Shown: positions 28,981 through 40,072, counted from the first letter of the stretch. The stretch is 64,000 nucleotides of DNA from an uncultured delta proteobacterium (GCA_963769935.1 CAVYNY010000032.1:64001-128000); one strand, 5' to 3'. Notes: generated from the sequence alone by a model not told the origin. Numbers and translations: made by a program.

Positions 28981-30660
28981 ATGACCAATACAACTGAACC
29001 TCTTAAACTGACCCTCGCTTCGCCGGCGGACCAGATGTTCCCCAAGCTGACGCCGGCGCAGGTCGCCCGCGCCACGGTCCACGGGCGCGTGCGTCCTATC
29101 CGGCGCGGAGAGGTGCTCATAGAGTCCGGGGACCAGGTCGTACCGTTTTTTATCGTCACCGCAGGTCAAATCGAAATCGTGCAGCCCTCCGGTACCGGCC
29201 AGACACTGATCACGGTCCATGGACCCGGCGGATTCACCGGCGAGATCAATATGATGACCGGTCGCCGGTCAATCGTCCGGGCGCGCGTCATAGAGTCCGG
29301 TGAAGTGGTCCAGCTGGATCGCGAACACATACTGGCGCTCGTTCAGACCGACGCCGAGCTCGGCGAGATCATCATGCGGGCCTTCATCTTTCGCCGGGTG
29401 GAGTTGATCGCCCATGGACTGGGCGATGCTGTGCTTATTGGTTCGAGCCATTGCGCCGGAACACTCCGGGTGAAGGAATTCCTGACCCGCAACAGCCATC
29501 CCTACTCCTTCATCGACCTCGACCGCGAGGCCGATATTCAGGCAATGCTCGACCAGTTTCACGTCTCCGCCGGAGATATACCGGTACTGATCAGCCGCGG
29601 CGAGGTGGTGCTGCGCAACCCCACCGATCAGCAGATCGCCGACTGCCTCGGCTTCAACGAAGCCATCGACCAGACCGAGGTGCACGATTTGATCATTGTC
29701 GGCGCCGGACCGTCGGGGCTGGCGGCAGCCGTGTACGGCGCATCAGAAGGGCTCGATGTCCTGGTGTTGGAGTCGCATGCGCCGGGAGGGCAGGCGGGTT
29801 CGAGTTCGAAGATCGAAAATTATCTCGGCTTTCCGATGGGCGTCTCAGGCCAGGAGCTCGCGGCGCGGGCCTACACGCAGGCGCAGAAATTCGGGGCGCA
29901 TCTGCTGGTCGCCAAGAGCGCCACCGGGCTCGCATGCGACCGGAAACCTTACGCTATCGATATCGGCACCGGCACGCGGGTTTTGGGGCGCACCGTCATT
30001 ATTGCAACCGGTGCCGCGTATCGGAAGCCGGCGATTGAGAATCGGGCAGGATTTGAAGGCGCCGGTGTTTACTACGGCGCGACCTTCATGGAAGCGCAGT
30101 TGTGCGTTAATGAGGAGGTCATCGTGGTCGGCGGCGGAAACTCAGCCGGTCAGGCTGCCGTCTTCCTCGCGCAGACCGTCAAACGGGTCCACCTGCTCGT
30201 CCGGTCCGGCGGACTGGCCAAGAGCATGTCGCGCTATTTAATTCGGCGCATCGAAGAAAGCCCCCTGATCGACTTGCGAACGCACACGGAGCTGGCGGCC
30301 TTTGAGGGCAATCACCATCTGGAACGTGTGTCCTGGCGGCACAATCTCTCCGGAAGCGTTGAGAACCGCGACATCCGGCATGTTTTTTTCATGGCCGGCG
30401 CCGATCCCAGCACCGGCTGGCTGGATGGCCGGGTGGTACGCGACCCGAAAGGGTTCATCAAGACGGGCTCCGCTATATCCCGGGACGAGCTGATCACAGC
30501 GCATTGGCCGCTCGGCCGCACTCCCTATCTCCTCGAAACGAGCTTGCCGGGCATATTTGCAGTCGGCGACGTGCGGTCCGGCAGCATCAAACGGGTGGCA
30601 TCGGCGGTCGGGGAAGGTTCGATTGCGATTGCCTTCGTGCATCAAGCAATGAGCCAATGA
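28981..30660 (+). CDS. Cyclic-nucleotide-binding-domain / thioredoxin reductase-like fusion
   Basis: N-terminal cNMP fold (GGFTGE); VGAGPSGL, GGQAGSSSKIENYLGFP, VGGGNSAGQAA, GDVRSGSIKRVASAVGEG. Confidence 0.9.
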   Translation: MTNTTEPLKLTLASPADQMFPKLTPAQVARATVHGRVRPIRRGEVLIESGDQVVPFFIVTAGQIEIVQPSGTGQTLITVHGPGGFTGEINMMTGRRSIVRARVIESGEVVQLDREHILALVQTDAELGEIIMRAFIFRRVELIAHGLGDAVLIGSSHCAGTLRVKEFLTRNSHPYSFIDLDREADIQAMLDQFHVSAGDIPVLISRGEVVLRNPTDQQIADCLGFNEAIDQTEVHDLIIVGAGPSGLAAAVYGASEGLDVLVLESHAPGGQAGSSSKIENYLGFPMGVSGQELAARAYTQAQKFGAHLLVAKSATGLACDRKPYAIDIGTGTRVLGRTVIIATGAAYRKPAIENRAGFEGAGVYYGATFMEAQLCVNEEVIVVGGGNSAGQAAVFLAQTVKRVHLLVRSGGLAKSMSRYLIRRIEESPLIDLRTHTELAAFEGNHHLERVSWRHNLSGSVENRDIRHVFFMAGADPSTGWLDGRVVRDPKGFIKTGSAISRDELITAHWPLGRTPYLLETSLPGIFAVGDVRSGSIKRVASAVGEGSIAIAFVHQAMSQ

Positions 30661-30675
30661 AAGGAGCCCTGATGA

Positions 30676-31640
30676 CTAATCGTAAAGATGGCAACTGACC
30701 AGATGGGGGGTGCCGGACTCTTCAAACCGATGCTGCTCGGGTTTCATCGTTTTGCATTGCGGCATGACTTCCGGACAGCGCGTGTGAAAGCGGCAGCCTT
30801 GCGGCGGATTCTCGGGATTGGGGATATCGCCCTGCAGGACGATGCGGGGGCTGCCCGTCGGGTGGGGTCTGCTATGGGGATGGCGGACATAAGCGCTTGG
30901 GTGTAAGGGTGTTTGGGCGCGGCAAAAAGCGTCTCGCCGGCCGCCATTTCCACGATTTCGCCCAGATACATGACCGTGATGGTATCACAGATATGCTCCA
31001 CCACGGCCAGGTCATGCGATATAAATATATAAGACAAATCCAACTTTTTACGCAGATCCACCAGCAGGTTTAACACCTGTGATTGTATGGACACATCCAG
31101 GGCCGAAACAGGTTCGTCGGCGATCACCAGTTTGGGCTCCAATGAAATGGCACGGGCGATGCCGATACGCTGGCGCTGGCCGCCGGAAAATTCATGGGGA
31201 TAGCGATCCGCCGCATCCGGTTCCAGTCCGACCATGTTGAGCAGCTCGGCCACTCTAGCTCGGCGGGCGGCTTTATTGCCGATGCGATGAACTACCAGCG
31301 GTTCGGCGATAATGTTGCCAATTTTCTGGCGGGAATCGAGCGACGCATAGGCATCCTGAAATACAATTTGCATCTGCCTGCGCTTGGCCCGCAGTTGGCG
31401 GGCGGTCAGTTTGCCCAGATCCGCGCCGTCCAGGAAGATATTGCCCGCGGTCGGCTCGATCAGCCTGAGAAGAACCCGGGCCAGCGTGGATTTGCCGCAG
31501 CCTGATTCACCGACCACCCCCAGGGTCTCGCCCTGGCGGAGGCTGAAGCTGACATCGTCTACGGCATGCACTTCGCCGCGGCCGCCTTTCAGCGGAAAGT
31601 ATTTGGTGAGATGCTGCGCTCGCAGCAGTTCAGCTTTCAT
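30676..31640 (-). CDS. Oligopeptide/dipeptide ABC ATP-binding protein (OppF/DppF-like) with a frameshift near 30845-30856
   Basis: [23 protein letters not shown]. The canonical tail [25 protein letters not shown]...VSCHLYD* is in a different frame ending at 30676. Confidence 0.85.
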
Positions 31641-32610
31641 ATGGATTCCAGCAGGCCAGGCGATTCTCGGTTCCCTGGCCTTCAAGCGGAGGAATGTTGC
31701 GCCAGCATATATCCATGACGCGTTCGCAGCGCTGCGCAAAGTAGCATCCCTCGGGACGTTCACCGATGCCGGGAACCATGCCCGGTATCGTCGGCAAGTG
31801 GGTCCGCTTTTTCCCGATCTGCGGCACGGACGCCAGCAACCCGCGGGTGTAAGGATGACGCGGCTTGCTGAAAATTTGCCCCACCGGCGCTTTTTCGGCA
31901 ATCATGCCGGCATACATCACGACGACATGATCGCAGAATTCGGCCACAACCCCCAGGTCGTGGGTGATCATCAAAATAGACATTTCGAGCTCTTTTTGCA
32001 GTCTGACCAGCAAATCGAGGATTTGCGCCTGAATGGTAACATCAAGGGCGGTAGTGGGCTCATCGGCGATCAAAAGCGCCGGGCCGCAGGCAATTGCCAT
32101 GGCGATCATCACCCGCTGCCGGAGGCCGCCGGAAAGCTGGTGCGGATATTGAGCGAGCCTGGCGCCGGGTGATCCGATTCCCACCAGGTGCAGGAGCTCA
32201 GCGCAGCGCTCGCGGGCCTGGCGCATTCCAAGCCCGCGATGAATGCGCAGGACTTCTGCGATTTGAAAGCCGATCGAAAACGTCGGATTGAGGCTCGTCA
32301 TCGGTTCCTGAAAAATCATTCCGATGCGATTGCCCCTGATGGAACGCATGGCGGCATCATCCAATTTGAGAAGGTCCCGGCCGTTGAACAGAATGCGGCC
32401 GGACTCCACCCGGCTGGGCGGCGACGGCAGCAGCCGGATGATGGACATGGCGGTGACGCTTTTGCCGCAGCCGGACTCCCCCACGAGTCCCAGCGTCCGC
32501 CCATGCTCCACCGAAAAGGAAACATCCTCTATAACCTTGAGCGGGCCTCTTTCAGTGGCAAAACTAACCGACAGGCCCCTCACTTTCAGGATCCGCTCGC
32601 CGTTCGGCAC
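31630..32610 (-). CDS. Oligopeptide/dipeptide ABC ATP-binding protein (OppD/DppD-like)
   Basis: [49 protein letters not shown]. Confidence 0.93.
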   Translation of the reverse strand: MPNGERILKVRGLSVSFATERGPLKVIEDVSFSVEHGRTLGLVGESGCGKSVTAMSIIRLLPSPPSRVESGRILFNGRDLLKLDDAAMRSIRGNRIGMIFQEPMTSLNPTFSIGFQIAEVLRIHRGLGMRQARERCAELLHLVGIGSPGARLAQYPHQLSGGLRQRVMIAMAIACGPALLIADEPTTALDVTIQAQILDLLVRLQKELEMSILMITHDLGVVAEFCDHVVVMYAGMIAEKAPVGQIFSKPRHPYTRGLLASVPQIGKKRTHLPTIPGMVPGIGERPEGCYFAQRCERVMDICWRNIPPLEGQGTENRLACWNPYES

Positions 32611-32626
32611 GGTCTCAAACCTCCTG

Positions 32627-33571
32627 TCAACTAAAAACTACTCTCGGAAAATAGAATGAAACGATCCAGTCCGGCGCATCGACGATTTCGCTGATTCTCA
32701 GATCGGCGCACACGCTGCACAGCATATAGGCTTCCGCCCGCGACAAGGCGTGTTTTGCAGCGAGCAGGTCCACCATGTCGCTGACGGCGGCCCTGGCGGA
32801 TTCCATCAGGTCCGGTCCGATACCCGTGGTGACTTCATATCCTTTTACGTCTAAGTGCCTTGATACCGGCCCCGGCGTCGAAAATCGCGGGAATCTTAAA
32901 TTCATCTTTTTTTCGACTTCCAGTTTGACCGTTACATGCATGGGGCTTTCGATGGCCGTGCCGCATACTTCTCCGTCGCCCTGGACCGCGTGGGCATCGC
33001 CCATGGAGAACAGCGCACCGGGTACTTCCACCGGCAGGTAAAGTACGGAACCGATACTCAAATCGCGGGTGTCCATGTTGCCGCCGACCCGGCGCGGATT
33101 AACGACGCTGTGTCCGCCCTCCGGCGCGGGAGCCACGCCGATGGTTCCCGGAAAGGGCTTCAATGGCACTTTGGCGCCTTTGAGATACGGCGCGGGCGTT
33201 TGAAAATCTGCCTCGTATTCCCAGATGTGAAGGGCCGGTTCCTCAAATTGATCTGCCAGCAGGCCGAAACCCGGGATCACTGCCGACCAGCCCCAGCCGG
33301 CGGATTTAAATGACAGGATGGTTACCTTCAGAGCATCTCCCGGTTCGGCGCTCTCCACATAGACCGGTCCGGTAACCGGATTGACTCTGCCGAAATCAAG
33401 GTTTTTGACATCCTCCAGGGTGGAGTTGCGATGAATCTGTCCGCCGCCGGCATCCACCGTTTCTATTTCAACAACGCTGCCCGGTTTGACGCTCAATACC
33501 GGCGGCAGCGACCGATTCCACCCGTAGTGGCACTTGTCCCCGTGAATCGTGTAGTCAGGTTTTAGCGGCAT
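32627..33571 (-). CDS. Acetamidase/formamidase family protein
   Basis: NPVTGPVYV, GGNMD, GDAHAVQGDGEVCGTAIE, AYMLCSV, ISEIVDAP. Confidence 0.92.
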   Translation of the reverse strand: MPLKPDYTIHGDKCHYGWNRSLPPVLSVKPGSVVEIETVDAGGGQIHRNSTLEDVKNLDFGRVNPVTGPVYVESAEPGDALKVTILSFKSAGWGWSAVIPGFGLLADQFEEPALHIWEYEADFQTPAPYLKGAKVPLKPFPGTIGVAPAPEGGHSVVNPRRVGGNMDTRDLSIGSVLYLPVEVPGALFSMGDAHAVQGDGEVCGTAIESPMHVTVKLEVEKKMNLRFPRFSTPGPVSRHLDVKGYEVTTGIGPDLMESARAAVSDMVDLLAAKHALSRAEAYMLCSVCADLRISEIVDAPDWIVSFYFPRVVFS

Positions 33572-33885
33572 GAGATAATTACCTCCCTTCAGTGTTTATT
33601 TTTAGCAGCGCGCCATCGGCAATTGGTTGTCGATGTTGACAAGTGCTTTGGTTATCTAAAGGTTTCAGGTGTCAGCAACTGGAAAACATTAAATCACAAA
33701 TTACAGGCACCAAACGAATTACAATTCCCAAAATTCAAAATCCTAAAAGTGTTTCGTCTTTGAGCAAACTGGTTGACCGGCAACCGGCGGCTACGCTGAC
33801 ACCTGAAACCCATACAATGCAAAGATTGGTAACTTGCAGCGCCAAAGGCACTGATTCCTGCAAGCTTACCCCGATAACGTATCGG

Positions 33886-35514
33886 CTATTGCGCATCCTT
33901 GGCATAGACGTACTCGTAGTTGACCGGTATGTGGACCGGATCGACGAAGATCGCATCCGGACCGCCGAGACGCGCCGCCCGCATGGTGAAGCGCTGTTCG
34001 TTGAAAACCGGCGCCCAGGGGGCATCGTCCATCAGCTCGATAAAAATCGAGCGCCACAGTTCCTCCCGTTGAGCTTTCATCGCCGGATCGCTCATGGCAT
34101 CGGCTTTGGCTGCCAGCGCGTCGAGTTTTTCATTACAATACCAGGACCAGTTCCAGCCGCCTTTGACGGCACCCCCACAGCCCAGAATCGGACCGTAAAA
34201 ATTGGAGGGGTCCGGAAAGTCGGCAATCCAGGCCATTCCGCCGGACCAGATCATCGGCGCCTGGTCTTCCTCGCCGCCGGCGGCTATGACAGTGGATTGC
34301 GCCAGGGTTTTGATTTCAGCCGTGATGCCGATTTCGGCCAGGTCGCGTTGAATCGCCTGGGCGATGCGCGGATTGGGATCGGTATTGTTGGCATACAACT
34401 CGGTGGTAAAGCCTTTGGGGAAGCCGGCCTCTGCCAGGAGGGCTTTGGCCTTGGCCGGGTCGTAGGGGTACCCTTTATAATTTTTGTCGTAGCCGGGCAT
34501 GGCCGGCGGCAGCGGCTGGTTGGCCGGCACGGCGCGGTTGTTGATGATCATGCAAATGCGTTGTTTGTTGATCGCCATATTGACCGCCTGGCGCACTTTT
34601 TTATTGTCAAAGGGTTTGATGCGAACATTCATGGAAACATAGCCGGTATGCAGCTGTCCGCCCTCTATGATCAGATCGGCGTTTTTGGGATCGTTCTTCA
34701 CCTGCAGAAAACGGGCCGGCGGGATGCCGTCGCCCAGAATGTCCACCTCACCCTGCTGCAGGCGCAGCAGGGCCACGGTGGGTTCCTGGCCGACTTCAAA
34801 CACAATTTTGTCCAGGCGGGGCAGACCGGGTTTGTAGTAGTCCGGGTTGCGCACGTAAACGACACGTTGGCCCAATTTCCACTCCTCCATCTTGAAGGCC
34901 CCGGTTCCGACCGGATGGGTGCCAAAATCCTGGCCGTATTTTTCAACTTCCTCTTTTGGAACGGCGAAGGAAAAGTTGATGGCCATGACATGCAGAAAGG
35001 TAGCGTCCGGCTGCGACAACTCGATCTTCAGCGTATAGGGATCGACTACGGTCATGCCGCTTAATTCTGTGGCTTTCCCCGTCGTCATCTCGTCAAAGCC
35101 TTTAATGCTCCAGAAAAAACCCTGTCCGGGGCTTTGGGTTTTGGGATTAACGGCCCTTTCGATGGAGTACTTGATGTCTTCAGCCGTCAGCTTGCGTCCA
35201 TTATGGAATTTGACATCCTGGCGCAGTTTAAACGTGTAGACCTTGCCGTCGGGAGAGATGGTGAAGCTTTCGGCCAGATCGGGTTTGAGATTGTAGGTCC
35301 CCGCTTCGTAGTCCATCAGACCGTTAAAGAGCGCCTTGATCATGGACCAGTTCTGCCAGTCATAGCCGATGGCCGGATCAAGGGTGCTGATGTCATCTTT
35401 GTAGGTGACGACCATGGTACCGCCCTGTTTGATGTTTTCGGCCCCAGCCGGCGTCAGGACGCCCATTGTCACCGTCAGACCAACAATTAGTGTAAGCAAC
35501 AAAATTTTTTTCAT
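33886..35514 (-). CDS. Peptide ABC transporter substrate-binding protein (family 5)
   Basis: Signal peptide MKKILLL; TLDPA, PDLAES, VKFHNG, PVGTGAF, VRQAVNMAIN. Confidence 0.93.
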   Translation of the reverse strand: MKKILLLTLIVGLTVTMGVLTPAGAENIKQGGTMVVTYKDDISTLDPAIGYDWQNWSMIKALFNGLMDYEAGTYNLKPDLAESFTISPDGKVYTFKLRQDVKFHNGRKLTAEDIKYSIERAVNPKTQSPGQGFFWSIKGFDEMTTGKATELSGMTVVDPYTLKIELSQPDATFLHVMAINFSFAVPKEEVEKYGQDFGTHPVGTGAFKMEEWKLGQRVVYVRNPDYYKPGLPRLDKIVFEVGQEPTVALLRLQQGEVDILGDGIPPARFLQVKNDPKNADLIIEGGQLHTGYVSMNVRIKPFDNKKVRQAVNMAINKQRICMIINNRAVPANQPLPPAMPGYDKNYKGYPYDPAKAKALLAEAGFPKGFTTELYANNTDPNPRIAQAIQRDLAEIGITAEIKTLAQSTVIAAGGEEDQAPMIWSGGMAWIADFPDPSNFYGPILGCGGAVKGGWNWSWYCNEKLDALAAKADAMSDPAMKAQREELWRSIFIELMDDAPWAPVFNEQRFTMRAARLGGPDAIFVDPVHIPVNYEYVYAKDAQ

Positions 35515-35570
35515 TTTCCTTCTCCTTTTCCAGACGCTTGCGTGCAAAGCACTTGTGTGTCAGTATTTTA

Positions 35571-36491
35571 CTACCTCAAGTACACCCGCGGATCGATGAA
35601 CGGGATAATCAGGTCGGCCAGCATATTGCCGAGCACAATGCCGACGGCGGCCACCAGGGTAACGCCCATGATGACCGGGATGTCCACCATTTGGATGGCC
35701 TGCCAGGCCATCTGGCCGATGCCGGGCCAGCCGTAGACCGATTCCACCACGACCGCGCCGGCCATAAAAATGCCGATGTCGAGACCGATCATGGCAATTA
35801 CCGGCAGAATGGCGTTGCGCAAGGCATGGACCAATACCACCGCGCGTTCGGTAAGGCCTTTAGAGCGGGCGGTGCGGATAAAATCCTGGCGCAGTACATC
35901 CACCATGCTCGAGCGCATCATCCGCGAATACCAGCCGCCGCCGGAAATCCCCAATGTCAGCGCCGGCAGGCACAGATGCTTAATCGTCCCGTAACCGCCC
36001 AACGGGAAAATGGGTATGATGTGGGCAAATAAATACAGCAGCAGCAGGCCCAGGACAAACTGGGGTATCGACACCCCGGCAAAAGACATTGCCATGATCC
36101 AGTTGTCCGCTGATCGGCCCCGTTTGGTAGCTGAATAGATGCCGGCCGGCAGACCGATCAACAGCTCAAAAAATATGGTCCCCACCATGAGCAGAAGCGT
36201 GGCCGGCAGCCTGCTCAAAATCAGCTCGCTGACCTGGGTTTTCTGCTTGTAGGATCGGCCCAGGTCCCCCTGCACCAGGCGGCCGATATATTTCAGGTAC
36301 TGCACAGGCAGCGGCTTATCCAGTCCGAGTTCCCTGCGGATGGATTCGACTGTTGCCTGGGTTGCACTTCGGCCGGCGATCATTCTCACCGGGTCGGCCG
36401 GCATCAGATAGGTGAGGCAAAATGTTATCAGGGTAACACCGATTAAAATCAGAACGGCCTGGCTGAGTCTTTTGGCAAGAAAAACCGGCAT
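35571..36491 (-). CDS. Peptide ABC permease (OppB/DppB-like)
   Basis: GLDKPLPVQY, GDLGRS, FIRTARSKGL, HALRNA, WPGIG. Confidence 0.93.
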   Translation of the reverse strand: MPVFLAKRLSQAVLILIGVTLITFCLTYLMPADPVRMIAGRSATQATVESIRRELGLDKPLPVQYLKYIGRLVQGDLGRSYKQKTQVSELILSRLPATLLLMVGTIFFELLIGLPAGIYSATKRGRSADNWIMAMSFAGVSIPQFVLGLLLLYLFAHIIPIFPLGGYGTIKHLCLPALTLGISGGGWYSRMMRSSMVDVLRQDFIRTARSKGLTERAVVLVHALRNAILPVIAMIGLDIGIFMAGAVVVESVYGWPGIGQMAWQAIQMVDIPVIMGVTLVAAVGIVLGNMLADLIIPFIDPRVYLR

Positions 36492-37342
36492 TATTGGCGC
36501 CCCCTTTGGGTGGGGTCCAGGGCATCCCGCAAGGCATCGCCCACCAGGTTAAATGACAGGGACAGCAGCATAATCGCGGTGCCCGGGAAAAAGACCAGCC
36601 AGGGGGCGTCCAGGAAGTAGGACTGGCTCTCATAAATGATGCCGCCCCATGATGGTGTGGGCGGCCTGACGCCAACCCCGAGAAACGATAGGGTCGCTTC
36701 CAACAAGACCGTCGTGGCAATGCCTAGAGTGCCCCAGACAAGCAGCGTCGGCCACAAATGGGGAACAATATGAATAAAAAGAATCCTCGGCCAGGCGGCA
36801 CCAATGGCACGGGCGGCTTCGATATATTCCAGCTCGACGAGTGCGACGGTCTGGCTGTAAATCACCCTTGCGATTTGGACCCAGTTGACCAGGGCGATAA
36901 CCAGCGCGACGATCCAGAGGCTGGGTCGAAAGATGGCCGCCAAGGCGATGGCCAGCAACAATGCCGGAAAAGCCATCATGAGATCTGTAAAGCGCATGAT
37001 GACAGTGCCCGCCAGCCCCTTGACATAACCGGCCACGATGCCCAGGAAAGCACCGATGAACACCGCGGCGCCGTTGGCGGCAATTCCGATGATCAAAGAT
37101 GTTCGGGCGCCGTAAAGCAGTCGTGCGAAGAGGCTGCGCCCCAATAGATCCGTGCCGAGCCAGAATGTTTTATTGGGCGGAAGCGGCGCCCCCTCCAGGG
37201 TCAGCCCTTCGAAGAATTGTTTGTTGGGAGGGTGGGGGGTGATGGCAGGCGCAAATATCGCTGCGCCGGAAAATACCACAATCATGGTCAGGCCGAAAAG
37301 TGCCAGCTTGTTCTTTAAAAGTTGTTTCAGGACGTAAGGCAT
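36491..37342 (-). CDS. Peptide ABC permease (OppC/DppC-like)
   Basis: LGTDLLGR, YGARTSL, EYIEAARAIGA, LSFLGVG, GDALRDALDP. Start uncertain. Confidence 0.92.
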   Translation of the reverse strand: MPYVLKQLLKNKLALFGLTMIVVFSGAAIFAPAITPHPPNKQFFEGLTLEGAPLPPNKTFWLGTDLLGRSLFARLLYGARTSLIIGIAANGAAVFIGAFLGIVAGYVKGLAGTVIMRFTDLMMAFPALLLAIALAAIFRPSLWIVALVIALVNWVQIARVIYSQTVALVELEYIEAARAIGAAWPRILFIHIVPHLWPTLLVWGTLGIATTVLLEATLSFLGVGVRPPTPSWGGIIYESQSYFLDAPWLVFFPGTAIMLLSLSFNLVGDALRDALDPTQRGRQ

Positions 37343-37439
37343 TTTGTCTAAATAATGAAACGGCCGATGCCTGTCAAGGAGGAATTCCTTTTCCCACGCC
37401 GGCCAAAACAACGGTCGGTCTGATCAAAAAAGAAACTAG

Positions 37440-37583
37440 TGAACGTCGAACGTCGAAGTTGGACCTGCCCGCAATGCCTTGAAACGAGTCCGATGCGAAT
37501 TTAAGCATTTAGTTTATAGCTCATTGATTACGCTGACCCAACGTACGATGCATGGCAGGCGGGCGTTCGATGTTCGACGTTCA
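37440..37583. repeat. GAACGTC heptamer inverted repeat with a nested CCTGCCCGC...GGCAGGCGGG element
   Basis: tgaacgtcgaacgtcgaa ... cgttcgatgttcgacgttca encloses cctgcccgcaatgc ... gcatggcaggcggg. Confidence 0.65.
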
Positions 37584-37690
37584 ATCAATTCATTGTTCCA
37601 ACCTCGTGAAGTTTTATAAAGCCTACCAACCAATAACTAATAACAAATAACTCCCCTTTTGGTTGCCGTAGGCTTGCATGTGCCGGTATG

Positions 37691-38161
37691 CTATTCCGAC
37701 ACCGGCAGGGCAAACGCTATTTTTCCATCCCCGGCAGCGGTTCGGATCGCAAACTGCTTGCCGGAGTCAAGCCCGGCCAGATAGCCGTTCGCCGCCGACT
37801 TGATCAAGTTCAGTTTATCCTCCGGCACCGGCCCGGGTTTGACATGAATGAGCGGCAGGAGAAGCGTGAGCCCATGCACGACGATCGGATCGATCTGTTT
37901 TTCCTGGCCGAGGTACAGCGACAGCTCCAGTATCAAAGGGTTAAGGGTGTCGCCGATCGTGGCCGTGTCCTGCAAGCTCTCGATCTTTTTTGCAATTACC
38001 TCGGCTTTGCCCGCATATTCCGGGTATTTCTGAATGGCGTGAAAACCCACCAGGTTGGCGGCCGTCCAGACGAGCTCTTCCTGATTCGGCGGGGTTATTT
38101 GCCAACCGGCACATGCCGTCAGCATACAACCAGCAACGATAAGTAAAATAAATTTTTTCAT
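37691..38161 (-). CDS. Hypothetical lipoprotein
   Basis: MKKFILLIVAGCMLTAC lipobox after RBS AGGAGG; mostly helical mature part. Confidence 0.78.
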   Translation of the reverse strand: MKKFILLIVAGCMLTACAGWQITPPNQEELVWTAANLVGFHAIQKYPEYAGKAEVIAKKIESLQDTATIGDTLNPLILELSLYLGQEKQIDPIVVHGLTLLLPLIHVKPGPVPEDKLNLIKSAANGYLAGLDSGKQFAIRTAAGDGKIAFALPVSE

Positions 38162-38479
38162 TTTGAGCCTCCTTTGTCGAATGGTTCTGTTTTTCATATG
38201 CGAAGCAAGCGTTATTTACGGCTTGGGTCCTTCCTCACTTTTGCCTAAACTGATCGGTTAGAGGTTCAGGGTTCAGGGTTCAAAGGCTACCGGCAATGGG
38301 TACTGATTACCATATCTATGAAGATCCGGAATACTTGATAAATTCTATTGGGTATGACGGCGCTATGATCACGATGAAGACAGAAATCCTGTAATGTGAG
38401 TTGCTTGGAGGTTTTTCAACCCTGAATCCCGCCGGGGCGGGAAACCCTGAACGGACAATAAACCTTCCCTGCCGAATCT

Positions 38480-39850
38480 TTAGTCTCCCAACGCTTTTTT
38501 GAGCCTGATCATCTCAGGATCTTCCGCGATCAGGGAAGGGACCACCGTATCGATGAGCTTAATTTGTTCCGGCTTTAAATAAAATGACGTCGGCAGCTTA
38601 TAGCAGCGGGCTTTCAGCTCAGGATCCCCGATGTTGCGAAAATTTATTTCTATGGTGTAAGGCTCCTCCAATAAAGATAATGAGCGCGTCCGGCTGCCGA
38701 TGTCGATCGCCGGTTTATAAATCTCTTGACTGAGGGCTTTAATTTCCATCCAGCGTTTGGCCGACAGGATGTCCATGGATGTTACCATGGTGTATTCAAT
38801 GACCGAGCTGATGCGTGGTGCACCGGGAGATTTGCTCGATTTGTCATCCGGCAGGACACCGGCATTTACATTGATGATGATCAACCGCTTGAGCGGATTG
38901 TCCCGGTCGTTTAATTTTTTATTGATGATGCCGTTGGTGCCGAACTCATCGATGATTGCCTGCAGGCCCTGGTTGTCGACCAGACCGCCATCGGCCAGGT
39001 GCATGTATCGGTTGCGTTTATCGTTATAAAACTCAAGCATGCGCGCATAATAATACTTTTCGATGTTGTTTCTGGCATTGCGTCGCGCCATGACATAGTC
39101 GATGTTCTTTGACAGGTCAACCGGTTCGCCGTAGTTGATAACTGTGAGCGGCGACAGCAGGATGGGAAAGGCCGAGGAGGCGGCGCAGGCGTATCCGATG
39201 GGATACCTGGCAAGATCGGAATCCAGCCGATTGAAATAGGCGGGCGTGAACGTAAACCGGTCCCCGAGTGCCAGGTGGGTCGCATGGATCCAGGCAACCG
39301 GATGCGGGGGCAGGTCGCTGAAGGTTTTGCCTTCGAATACCGTCCGGTCATAGAGTTCGGCGGCCATGTTGATCCGGTCGTATTCGGGCGACAGCAGCCG
39401 CAGCCCCTGCCAGGGTGGAATGATGATTCCCCTGGCCAATTCGCCCTGAATGTTGCGCTCGATAAACCGCCGCCGGAAGATTTCCATATTGTCCTTGTAC
39501 AGACACCAGGCCGCCGCCGCAAAACTGCCGCCGGAGATGCCGGAGATATAATCGATTTCATCGGCCAGGGTCGAGTTAATTTGACGGCCGGAAGGATCCT
39601 GATAGGTATAAGGTATTTGTTTTAAGACCTCCAGGGTTTTCCAGCTTATGGCCGCCGCCCGGGTGCCGCCGCCGGAGAGCGCTACGAAAACCAGGGTTTG
39701 CGTATCCTGCCTGACTTCCGGGGCAGGGATCGGGATGGGTGCGGGTTGTTTTTCAAGCTGAACGTTATACCGGGGGGCGCAGGCGCCCAGCGGCAGGATA
39801 AGTAGACAAAGCACACTTGCTGCGGCAATATACCGTCGTGACGTTTTCAT
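38480..39850 (-). CDS. Patatin-like phospholipase, lipoprotein
   Basis: LGAC lipobox; LSGGGTRA oxyanion motif, GISGG nucleophile, ASSAFP, DGG. Confidence 0.9.
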   Translation of the reverse strand: MKTSRRYIAAASVLCLLILPLGACAPRYNVQLEKQPAPIPIPAPEVRQDTQTLVFVALSGGGTRAAAISWKTLEVLKQIPYTYQDPSGRQINSTLADEIDYISGISGGSFAAAAWCLYKDNMEIFRRRFIERNIQGELARGIIIPPWQGLRLLSPEYDRINMAAELYDRTVFEGKTFSDLPPHPVAWIHATHLALGDRFTFTPAYFNRLDSDLARYPIGYACAASSAFPILLSPLTVINYGEPVDLSKNIDYVMARRNARNNIEKYYYARMLEFYNDKRNRYMHLADGGLVDNQGLQAIIDEFGTNGIINKKLNDRDNPLKRLIIINVNAGVLPDDKSSKSPGAPRISSVIEYTMVTSMDILSAKRWMEIKALSQEIYKPAIDIGSRTRSLSLLEEPYTIEINFRNIGDPELKARCYKLPTSFYLKPEQIKLIDTVVPSLIAEDPEMIRLKKALGD

Positions 39851-40059
39851 GCCTGAATCTCCACTATCTTTGGATGTCTTGGGGTTGTGTTTTTAAGGTC
39901 GACTTCTTTTTCTTCGGCTGTCGGCAGATCGACAGACACAAGCATTAATTCTCTGCGCAGGATGAGGGTTTCGCCAACCTTGCCGTTTTTTTGCCGGTTT
40001 ATCAGAACATCGATGTCCTGTTCTTCTTTACCCGGCACAATGACTCGCATGAATTCCAT
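39847..40059 (-). CDS. Small hypothetical protein (70 aa)
   Basis: MEFMRVIVPGKEEQDIDVLIN... starts after AGGA, 13 nt past the previous stop, and its stop overlaps the patatin start (ATGA). Confidence 0.65.
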   Translation of the reverse strand: MEFMRVIVPGKEEQDIDVLINRQKNGKVGETLILRRELMLVSVDLPTAEEKEVDLKNTTPRHPKIVEIQA

Positions 40060-40072
40060 GAGAATTTCCTTT

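Noticed and set aside
33643..35064. Long antisense ORFs (33643-35064, 45668-47143, 19200-20435, 60264-61493)
   Set aside because: They are shadow frames opposite well-supported genes in GC-rich coding DNA, with no protein motifs.
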